A DNA stretch of 63,947 bases, the filler included, from Welwitschia mirabilis (taxonomy: Eukaryota): assembly GCA_051453625.1 (NCBI GenBank). It is 4 parts of one record of this genome, joined end to end, with 100 filler letters (N's around TTAATTAATTAA, not from the genome) between each part and the next. Parts side by side here need not be neighbours in the genome. Positions count along the whole stretch, not along the records: positions 45,469 to 59,192 come from JBOZIK010000001.1; positions 59,293 to 63,947 come from JBOZIK010000001.1; 2 more parts are not named here. One strand, 5' to 3'. The position numbers and the translations under genes were made by a program. Under the pieces are notes generated by a model. The model searched no databases. It saw nothing but the letters and a program-made list of their open reading frames with translations, and was not told where the DNA came from. Below, piece after piece: positions 53,000-63,947 of the stretch (position 1 is its first letter; each line of letters opens with the position of its first letter).

Positions 53000-55600
53000 G
53001 GAGGGAAATGGTTTTTTCGTAGGAAGTAGGATTAAAATCATCATGACTTTTAACAAACAACACTCCTTATAAATCATCAAGTTCCTTTATGGTATTAAAT
53101 ATATTTAACTTAATAGTTATCTTATCAAATAAATTATTCATTAAACCAATTATACAATTCGTAATAGCATTAGTAGTAGTAACAAAAGTTTTTTACAAAA
53201 TGATAGGAATGATGTGACTTGTAGTTTTTAAATCTCCAAAACTACAAAGTTCATACAAAAGTAGTAATTCTTTACTTAAACAATTGCATTATTTACTATG
53301 CATAATGATGCCTACAAATGATTATTAGCCAATTTCAATTAAAGTTTAGTATTTTTGAGATCATTTAGTCCAATTACCTTATAAGGAATATAGCTTCAAG
53401 ATCTCATAAGAGTTGTTGAAAGTTTGTATTCCTAATGGTAATGGCCATGGTATGGAACCTTAAATTTCATATTTTGGGAAATATAATTTTGAATTACGTC
53501 ATTATTTTGTTGAGAAAAGAAGGCTTTATATTTCACATTCAACTTCTTTTAAAAATTCATATATCTTTAAAGTATTGAGAATAGGAAGGTACTTATTTAA
53601 TGGGTTTTAAAAGAGGGATACTAATCTTCACTTCTTTAAAAAATTTCTAGGACCTCTTATTATTTCTTAGCTAATTAAATTTTTAAAAATTATTGAGGGA
53701 AGGTAAGGGAGTATTTAAAAGTTTGGACAAGTTCTTTACCTTTATGTTTCTTTTTTACCTTTTTCTTACTTTTATCTTATCTTATTATATGTCTTCTTAT
53801 TATGGTTGTTTCTCTTCTATCTCTTTTTTATTTGTTGCCACTTCTCACATGTACAACCTTAGTTTTCTTAATTTATCAACTTGAAACTACTAGGGTTAGG
53901 CTTATGTGTAATTAGAATCTTTTCGTTCTTATATTATTTGAGTGAAAAGGATAAATCTAGTGGTTTAACTTAGTTCTTACATTCTTTTTCCTAGCTTTCA
54001 TAATGTAAAAGATATTTTTATATTACATTTTTTTGGTGAATTATTAATATTATGTTAACCTTTCATAAACTTATCAAGGATAGCCTCTAAAACATTATAG
54101 GTTAAGAAAGGATTTGAACTCTTTGATTAACTAGTTAAGTCTTGGATAAGACTATCTTATTTCTATTAGAAGTTCAGATGATTATTCTATCAAGGATTAT
54201 AGGTATTAGAGTAGGATTTATTTGCTCTTTAATTTGGCCATTTTCATTTTATAACATTAACTTTTTCTTTCACTACTTCTTGAAACATAGCAATGAATGG
54301 ATAACCTAAGGTCTCATAAGTATCCATAAGACAAATATTTTAATGAAGAGAAGAGTTTCAATATACTTAAAAATTACATCTAATTTTTAGTTAACTTTAT
54401 TTTTGTCAAGGATTTTAAAGATACTAGTGAACTAATTAGGTTATCGTAATCTTGTGGCTCATTAGATTTCTTTCAATTCTTATAGCGTTTAGTTATAATA
54501 TCAAGAAAGTTTCAATCTTCATTATTTTCAAGGTGTAAAAAGCTTTCTTTACTCATCATCTCTATAAATTAACTAGGTTTAAATGAAAAATATTTATAAA
54601 ATAAACTTATAGTTATTTATTACTTAAAATAATGCTATGGACATTTTATAAGTAGGTCATTAAATCTTTCTAAGGTATTAGAGAAGGCACTATCTTTTTG
54701 TTGAAATTTCATGTTTTCGTATCTCATGACATTAATCTTATAACTAAAAAAAAAATTCTAACTTGTAAAGCTAATATTTGACCTTCTCCTTAAGGGAAAG
54801 AGGGTGTCAGATTAATCTAAGTACATTAAATGTATTAGGATTTTGAGGGATTGTAGAAAGAACACACTTAAACTCCTTAAAATATAAATAAGAATCCTCA
54901 TTATATAAACCATGAAAATGTGGTAGTAATTAAATAAGTGCTAATTAAAATTCAATTATCTTAGCATTAGGGTGGTAGAGAGTGTAAGAGAATGTACTTA
55001 GAAATTATGGTTGAATACATTTTTTCAAGGTTCTTCTAAGTTGGTTGATGTTGAAGTTACCTCTAAAGTTGCTTCATCTTTCTTAGGGTATCCCTTGTAA
55101 TTGGTTTCTATAGTTTTTCTTCATTTAGGAATTAAAGGTAATTCAATGTAATATACCATCATATATCCATTATCAATTCATAGAGTATAATAAAATACTA
55201 AAAATGGGTTATGTTTCTAGATGCATGTGATATGTGAAAAGGTTTAGGATGATGTAAATGTAAGGTACATAAAATGTAAATATAGTTTGATATAAGAAGC
55301 TAATAACACTAGTAAGGAAAGATAGTAGCACTAGCAATATGGCATAAAGATGTCTTAGAAAAAATGACTATGAAGCTTTCAAAAACTAGTTGTCTAAGAT
55401 AATAGGTTAGTTCAATTGATTTAGAAGAGAAAGAATAAAATAAATTCTAAGAAGGGCTAATGAAAAAATAAAACTATAATACAATGTCAAGAAATAAATG
55501 AAAATTGTAGAAATAAATAATGCAAGTTCTAAAGCACTACTTTAATATTTTTTCTAATAAATTTCTTATTCAAAAGTTATTTTCAACTATTTTATTGAAA
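53000..55600 (-). mobile_element. Athila-type leader, gag and protease remnant (copy 1)
   Basis: I*LLPHFHGLYNEDSY at ~54935-54890, LFPLRR/SLKEKVK region at ~54790, and FGDLKTT at ~53235. Confidence 0.8.
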
Positions 55601-55830
55601 AAGTTGCCTAACATAGAAAAGGGAAGCGATGAAAGAAGAAAGAGTAGAGAGAGAATATTAATAGAAAAAAGTATTATTTTATGGATTTATTCTTGATTTA
55701 TTTGCTTTAAACCTATAAAAAATTAGCCCCNNNNNNNNNNNNNNNNNNNNNNNNNNNNNNNNNNNNNNNNNNNNNNNNNNNNNNNNNNNNNNNNNNNNNN
55801 NNNNNNNNNNNNNNNNNNNNNNNNNNNNNN

Positions 55831-57618
55831 ATAACCTTGATTTTCTTCATTTGTAAATTCTTCATCAACTTATAACTACTTAGGTTAGGCTCGTTTATAG
55901 CAGAAGGCCTATTTTTTTATGTTATTTGAGTGATGTAAGGATATGTATAGTAGTTTCACTTAGTTGTTGCATTTATTGATCTGCCTTTTATAATGTAAAA
56001 GAGATTTATTAATTTAATTATTATTATGAGGTATTAATTTGATGTTGAACCTCCATAAACTTATGAAATATAGACTCTAAATAGTTATAAGTTGAGGGAG
56101 GATTTAAACTCATAAGTTGACTAGGTAAGGCTTAGTTAAGATTATCTTATTTCTATGAGAAGTCTAGGTGATTAATCTATCCAAGGCTATAAGTATTAGA
56201 GTAGGGATTTTTCACTCTTTGTTTTTTCCATTATTATCTTATGGCATTGAGTTGTTCTTTCACTACACCTTGAAACATGGTGATGAATGAAACATCATAA
56301 GTATTCACAAGACAAATATTGCAATGAAGAGGTAGAGTAATGGGTTTAGATTTGGAACTAAGAATCTCAAATTTTTTAGAAAGTTCTTTCAACTTTTAAT
56401 TGACTTCATTATTATTAATAATTTTAAAGATATTAGTAAACTGAATAGGTTTTTATGATTTTTTTGACTCATTAGTTTCTCTCCAATTTTAGGACTTTTA
56501 GATATAGCTCCAAGAAAATCCTATGTTTCATTAATTTTTACATCTTAAAATTGTTCTCTACATATCATCCCCATAAGTGGTCTATGATTGGATGAAAGCT
56601 CTTTGTAAAAGCAACTTTTGACTCTTTCTTACACAAAATTATATTATGGGCATTTAAGAAGTAGATCTTTAGATCTTTCTAGGGTGTAAGAGAAGGTTTT
56701 ACTATCCTTTTTTTGGAAGGTCATAATCTCTTATCTTATGGCATTGATCTTGCAATTAGAAAAAATATTTTCTAATGAAATATTAATTAAGAATAGTTCA
56801 AGTAGTAATATAAAATAGGTGTTAAAGTTTAAAACCAAGATTTTTGCTTCTCTTTAGGGAAAAAAGGGAATAAAGTTAATCTAAGTGGATTAGATGTATT
56901 GGATCTTTAAGGGATTATAGATAAGATAAGTTAAACTCCTTAAAATATAAGAAAGGATCCTTAGACTTTAAACCATAAAAATATAAAAGAAGTTGAATAG
57001 TTGCTAATGTAAAGTCAATTCTTTAGCATTAGAAAATAAAACAATACAAGAGGATGTACCTAAATACTATGGTTCTTTCAATGCTGATCTAGGTTGGTTG
57101 AAGTTGAAGTTACTTCTAGAGTTATAAGATTAAGAACCTAATGAATTAGTTTGGCTTTTTTTAGTTTTTCTATTTCAAGATTAATAGGGGCAACATGCAA
57201 TCTACTATTAAGTGTTTATTTTCAATTCATCAAAAGTAAGAAATAATTATAAAATATTAGGTTTTTGAATGCAGATAATATGNNNNNNNNNNACATAAGA
57301 TCCACCATAAATGAAGATATGTTAATGGAAGAAGCTAATGACATCAGTAAGGAAAGATAGTGGTATCCATAATTCAGTGTAAAATAGACTTAGTCAAAGA
57401 TAGAACTATTACTCTCGAAATAATTGACATTATTAGATAATAAGTTTAACTAATAGGAAGAGACTGAATGTAAATTTTGGAATGGGCTAATGCAAAAATA
57501 AGATCCATAATACAATGTAATACAAGAAATTAAAATGCAAAAATGTATAATGTAAGTACTAAAGCACTTTTTTAATATTTTTGTTGATGATGTTCTTATT
57601 CAAAATTTTATTTAAGTA
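55831..57618 (-). mobile_element. Athila-type leader and gag remnant (copy 2)
   Basis: Diverged homologue of ~53880-55590. IQLLLYFYGLKSKDPFLYFKEF at ~57000-56932. Confidence 0.8.
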
Positions 57619-58808
57619 TGTTACGATGCTATTTGTAGGAATTTGATGGTGTATTTTGAGTACATTTATAGGACATTCATATAGGTTTTAATGCAATACC
57701 AATGACTATGGATATCTGACAGGATGATTAGTAAAATATGTGATACTTAGGATTTTTAGTAGTTTTTCAAGCCTATTCTGACACTGCATATTTAGAAGAA
57801 GGACTTCATGATACAAAAAGATTGACTTACCTTTGTGATTGAAGAAAAGGAAGACTGTCAACCCTTTTATCATCCCACGATAGGTAGGACAACAACACTA
57901 CTAAGATGGACAAAAGTTACAGAGCTGACAGTAGCACATGAAGAACAAACAGACATGTGGCACATGACATCATTTCCTATGTCATCTCCACAGCATNNNN
58001 NNNNNNNNNNNNNNNNNNNNNNNNNNNNNNNNNNNNNNNNNNNNNNNNNNNNNNNNNNNNNNNNNNNNNNNNNNNNNNNNNNNNNNNNNNNNNNNNNNNN
58101 NNNNNNNNNNNNNNNNNNNNNNNNNNNNNNNNNNNNNNNNNNNNNNNNNNNNNNNNNNNNNNNNNNNNNNNNNNNNNNNNNNNNNNNNNNNNNNNNNNNN
58201 NNNNNNNNNNNNNNNNNNNNNNNNNNNNNNNNNNNNNNNNNNNNNNNNNNNNNNNNNNNNNNNNNNNNNNNNNNNNNNNNNNNNNNNNNNNNNNNNNNNN
58301 NNNNNNNNNNNNNNNNNNNNNNNNNNNNNNNNNNNNNNNNNNNNNNNNNNNNNNNNNNNNNNNNNNNNNNNNNNNNNNNNNNNNNNNNNNNNNNNNNNNN
58401 NNNNNNNNNNNNNNNNNNNNNNNNNNNNNNNNNNNNNNNNNNNNNNNNNNNNNNNNNNNNNNNNNNNNNTATAAGTTATAGAAAAGGTAGTCTCTGTAAT
58501 AGAAGAACTAAGATCTAAGTAGAATCCATTTCCATTTTCCATTCACTACATTTCATATCCATTCATCTTGCATTGCTTTTGCATTGTTATTTACTTTTAG
58601 TTATTAAAAGACAAAAGACTAAAAATGCCTTTGGAAATCAATTCTCTAACTCTAATCCCTATGCTTTCATTGGAATTACGACATTTGGGTGAACTCCTAT
58701 TTATAGTAGCATGTATTTTTCTATAAGTTATTTGATTTATAGGTTTATCTAAAGAGCTTCAGGATTGCATAAATTCACACCGCAACATTTTGGTGCCATT
58801 TATAAGAA
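57619..58808 (+). mobile_element. Athila-type 5' LTR (57619-58787) with PBS
   Basis: Imperfect terminal inverted repeats TGTTACG...CGCAACA, followed directly by TTTTGGTGCCATT. Starts where homology between the two Athila copies stops. Confidence 0.8.
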
Positions 58809-60589
58809 AGGTTACAAGGAGCTAAGAGGATTATCATTAACTAGATAAGTACCTTGAATCTATTATTTAGGTTCTTTATTTAAGTTAATACTATATTTCT
58901 AGTATAGTTTTAAAATAGATTTATTTCTACATGATTTTATTTTCAATTAATTTTCTTAGGGATCCTATCGTTTTCTCTGTCATCTCGATGACATAGGGCA
59001 CAACAGTTTAAAATTTTGAAATTAGTTTTTATTTTTTGCAATTTTTCTTTGTTTTTATTCATAATAAACTATCATTGCATCTGTCATCCCCATCACCAAA
59101 AGGACGATAGTCCTAAAATTTTTCACATTTTTAATTTTTTCTTTTTTGTGAATTAAAAAAACTATCATTCTTCTTGTCGTTCCCATGACAGTNNNNNNNN
59201 NNNNNNNNNNNNNNNNNNNNNNNNNNNNNNNNNNNNTTAATTAATTAANNNNNNNNNNNNNNNNNNNNNNNNNNNNNNNNNNNNNNNNNNNNACAACATA
59301 TGTCATTGACCACTTTTAATGTCTTTCATCTTCCCTTGTAAATATTATTCATCTTATTCAAAAAATAGATGACTTGTATATTACATTTGTTAGTAAATGA
59401 TTTTTTGAACATTATAGAACCTTATGTGCTGAGGAATACATTTCTACCATCTAATGACCTTATTCATTTATTATTAATAAAATAGAATAAGTTAAAATTT
59501 TATTAATTTATTTCATGTTACAATAACTTTACCATATGTAGTTATTGATGCATGATTATTATCTTCTAGATAATTTTTGTATAATTACTCAGCTTTGGCT
59601 ACCAATAAAATTTCATTATCTATTAAAACTTTATTCTTCTTCCAAAATTATACCAATAGTTATCTTGATATTAATCAAAATTTTTACTATCTAATAAATT
59701 CATAACTATGCAAACCTCAAATTTATTTAAATTCATTCGTTAGGATTTCTTCAGTTCATGAGCACTACTAAAAAAGGATCTCCTCTAGAGTAAGAAAGTT
59801 TGTATGAGGCCCTTCTTGGGAATTTGATATCTAGGAATTTTATTAATTATTACCATTCCTAGCATTATACACTAGATTTTCAATACTATGGACATCTAAG
59901 ATCAAATTGGTCTAATCTAGGAGCATTTAACATTGGATATTATATATGTACAAAAGCTTTTAACTCCAAAATAATAGATTTAAACATAAAATACCAAATT
60001 TTATACAAATATATTTTGTTTTTATTTTCAGAACCTATCAAAGTAATTTGAAATGCCTTTGCATGAAATTTTGACCTCTACATAAAACTTTTAAAACTAA
60101 TTTATTAGCATTTAAATTACTACTATGATACTTAAATTAAATGAAGATAGTCTGAAAATCTACAATATGCATTTCTTAATTGTGTGATTATATTATTAAA
60201 CATCTGGATGGATAATAATATTCTTCTTGATTATGTCTTCAATTATTATACTTATAACTTCTTTGAAAGTTAAAATCTTTAATAAAATAAAAGGATTTTC
60301 AATTAGTACTAAAATAGATTATGTTATTTATAATTATTAATAAGTACTTCTATTTACCCTAAATATCTATTTAGAAAGAAGTAGATACACATAGAATTCA
60401 TAGCTATCATATTTTATTTCATTAAAAATAAATAATAAATATCCTTAATGGATACTAAAATTAGATTTATAAAATCATTATGTAGTGAAATTTATCTAGA
60501 AATAAATAAATGGTAAGTTTCAATTTTTCATCCATTCTTAGTTCATAGATGATACATTCTCACTTTCTAGAACATTAGAAGATTAAACA

Positions 60590-61780
60590 CAAATTATCAA
60601 ATAATGAATTATTAATTTAAAATAAGCCTCTAGGTGAAAAGTTAATTTTATAAAGAGAAAACTTGGTGGATTTAGTATGAAAATATTAACTTGAACAAGT
60701 ATGGGAATTAGTTATATTATTCTTTAGATGAATTTCCTACAAAATAATTAAGAATTCCTCTTTTATTTAATATAATAAGTTAAATTCATTAGGAGAAGGT
60801 GATTCTTAAAGTTAGGTAATACTTCAATGGATGAAAAGCCAAACTTCTATCTCAAACTAAGAAACTCAAACTACTTCAAAGTACCTTTAGAATCTACTCA
60901 TGTTTCTTACATCTTTTTCTAAGGATTTACCTATAGTTGTCAAGTATGTTAAAAAGGCTAAAAGATAATTCTTTTGAAAGTTAGGAGAGTAGTAATTCTT
61001 ACATATTTTTATCATAGAATAAAGTAGATAGAGATAAACATATTAGAGGTTGGGCTATTTAGAATATTTTATNNNNNNNNNNNNNNNNNNNNNNNNNNNN
61101 NNNNNNNNNNNNNNNNNNNNNNNNNNNNNNNNNNNNNNNNNNNNNNNNNNNNNNNNNNNNNNNNNNNNNNNNTTTGTGATTGACAGGATTTTCTTAAAGA
61201 AGTAATGATGGCATAAATATGCACCACAACAATCAGAATATTAAATGAAAATTATCAAATAATGAATTATTAATTTAAAATAAGCCTTTAGATTAAAAAT
61301 AAATTTTATAAAGAGAAAACTTTATGGATTTAGTATGAAAATATTAATTTGAATAAGTATGGGAATTAGTTATATTGTGCTTCAGATCAAATTTTTAAAT
61401 TCTTTTAAAATAATTAAGAATGTCTCTTTTGTTTAATAAAATGAATTAAGTTCATCAGGAGGAGGTGATTATTAAAGTTAAATAATACTTCAATGGATAA
61501 AAAACCAAACTTCTATCTAAAACTAAAAAAACTTCAACGACTTCTTAGTACCTTTAGAATTTACCTATGTTTCTTATATCTTTCTTTAAGGCCTTACTTA
61601 TAGTTATTAAATACATTAAGAATCCTAAAAGATAATTCTTTTAAAAGTCAAGAGAATAGTAATTCTTACATATTTTATCATGTAATAAACTAAATAGAGA
61701 TAAACTTATTAGAGTTGGACTATTAGAAATCTTTTAGCTTTAAATATGGATTTGTTTAATAAGTCGATTAGAAAGCTTTA
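60590..61780 (+). mobile_element. Two diverged copies of an L1 LINE ORF2 post-RT fragment
   Basis: 60590-61070 aligns with 61250-61740. Degenerate FPTK*LRIPL (YLGIPL), SLGE/GRVIL-like and GLG motifs. Confidence 0.6.
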
Positions 61781-61839
61781 TAATGTGAATAACACCCTAA
61801 ATAACATAAAGATCAGCTTTTTACTATAGGCCATGACAA

Positions 61840-63650
61840 AAGAAAGGACTTAACTATAATAAAGTTTTAACTCTAATAGCAAAATGAACTACTATTAGAA
61901 TAATGAGTGCCTTGCTAGCACAAAAAGAATGAAAGCTTTACCATTTGGATATAAAGACTATCTTTCTTAATAAAAAGTTAAAATAAGAAATATACATGAT
62001 GTAACCAAAGGGTTTTGAGAAAAAAAGAAGTAAAGAACACAAGGTGTGTATATGATCAAGTCTCTATGTAGACTAAAATAAGCACTAAGAGATTGGAACA
62101 CAAAGCTTGTAAATTATTTAAGTTCTATTGGATTTATATTATGTGATTATCAAGATATGGATATCATGTTATTCATAAAATCCAATGGGCATAAATATAA
62201 ATACATTGTGATTTATGCAAACAATATCCTGATAACCAAAAGTGATGAAGAAGATGTGTAAAGAAAAAAATTGCCTTAACTAAGGCATTTAAAATTTATG
62301 ATTTGAGATTAGCCAGATTCTACCTAGGTGTAGAAATTATTCAATACAAGGATGAAATCTTCTTAATACAAAAGATGTACATTGAAGATCTAATCCAATA
62401 TTTTGGATTAGAAGACATAAAATAAGATGTAATATCCTTAAAGAAGAATGCTAAGATATCTATTGATGAAGATTTAAAACCTACAAATGNNNNNNNNNNN
62501 NNNNNNNNNNNNNNNNNNNNNNNNNNNNNNNNNNNNNNNNNNNNNNNNNNNNNNNNNNNNNNNNNNNNNNNNNNNNNNNNNNNNNNNNNATTAGTACATA
62601 ACTCTTATAAATTATTTAATTTTTATTATTTTTAGATTATGTGATTATTGAGATATTGATGCCATGTTATTCATAAAATCTTATGAGCGTAAATCTACAT
62701 ACATAGTGGTTTATGCAAATGATATGTTGATAACCAAAAGTGATGAAGAAGATGTGTAAAAAACTAAAAATATCCTTAAGTAAGAAATTTAAAATTTATG
62801 ATTTTAAATTAGCCAAATTCTACCTTGGTGTAGAAATTATTCAATAAAAGATGGATTTTTCTTATATAAAATAAGTACATTGAAGATCTGATCTAAAATC
62901 TGAGACTAGAAAACACAAAAGAAGATGTAATACCTATAGAGAAGAATGCTAAGATATCTATTGATGAAGATTTAGAACCTACAAATGAAATAGACTAGTG
63001 AGATGTTTAATTTATGTAACTAATACTAGACCAGACTTATGATATCTTATTAGTATATTATCAAGGTATCTTCTTGTATCTAACTTCACTCATATAAATA
63101 CTACAAAAAGGGTACTGAGATATCTTAAGAAAATAAAAGATTTATATCTAATCTATAAAATAAACTCTTAATTCATCCTCAAGGCATACTTTGACTCATA
63201 TTTCATTGAAGAAACTAATACCTCATTGTCAATATCAGGGTATACCATGTTCTTACAAACATCACCTCTATCTGGGTGGTTAAAGCATCAAAAATACTAT
63301 AGCATGATCTTCTATAGAATTCAAATGTACAAATACTTTTGAAGTATGTAGAAAAATCAAATGGCTAATGAAATTACTAGAAGTAATAAAATTAAAATGA
63401 ACTAAGCTAATATACCTTTTTATTAATAATCAACCAATAATTTGCATGTTAAAAGATCCAGTGCACCATAACAAGATAAAACACTTTCATGTTGGGGTTT
63501 GAAAAATTAAAAAATCATCCAAAATGAAGTTATTATGCCAATATGTATTATCTGACTAGAGCACAAACTATCAATATGCTTACCAAATCACTTGGTCAAG
63601 AGAGCTTTAGTATTTTCAATCCAAAATTAGATTGATAATACATTGATTTA
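61840..63650 (+). pseudogene. Ty1/copia RT-RNase H remnant with an internal diverged duplication
   Basis: TTIRIM, KSLCRLK*ALRDWN, IYANNILI (YVDD-like), FYLGVEII, TNTRPDL, AYFDS and MLTKSLG. 62140-62489 is repeated at ~62640-62990. Confidence 0.85.
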
Positions 63651-63947
63651 AACTCATTCGTTCTTTCACATTATGAACTTAATTTGATTTTTGAGCCTCT
63701 AATTAAAGTTACTCTTGATCCTAGTACAACATGATGTATAGTATAATAATGAGTTAATAATATAGAGTGTGTAGTACATGTTTTAGCTTAGCACTACAGG
63801 ATGTGAAATGCACATAATAAGCCCTATCTACTATGGTAGGTGTAGTAGTAAATTGACTACTTTTATAACAAACTAATTTTCTCACATGATACATCCTTTG
63901 AGAAGGTTTTATTATAGGTTGCATTTCCAAGGTTTTTCCTTGGGAAA

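Overview
AT-rich, CpG-poor, gappy land-plant genomic DNA made almost entirely of old, decayed retrotransposons. I see no intact host gene, RNA gene or CRISPR array. Main components: (1) a near-complete Sirevirus (Ty1/copia SIRE lineage) with paired LTRs, gag-pol and an env-like ORF at 1292-10605, whose 5' LTR is cut by an Athila-type LTR; (2) an apparently full-length minus-strand L1-clade LINE at ~13958-21441, bounded by a candidate target-site duplication; (3) further Sirevirus, Athila, L1 and copia remnants and a solo LTR with TSD. The standout is the LINE. Downstream of its normal ORF1 and ORF2, and inside the candidate TSD, it carries a decayed extra coding region. This reads as a possible env-like/Transposase_32-like domain, then a Pro/Gln-rich linker, then a C-terminal DnaJ J-domain (HPD decayed to HLD). 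Many short duplications beside ~100-N gaps are probably assembly artefacts, and the three TTAATTAATTAA spacers are artificial linkers. All protein calls come from manual translation and motif recognition, not database searches.
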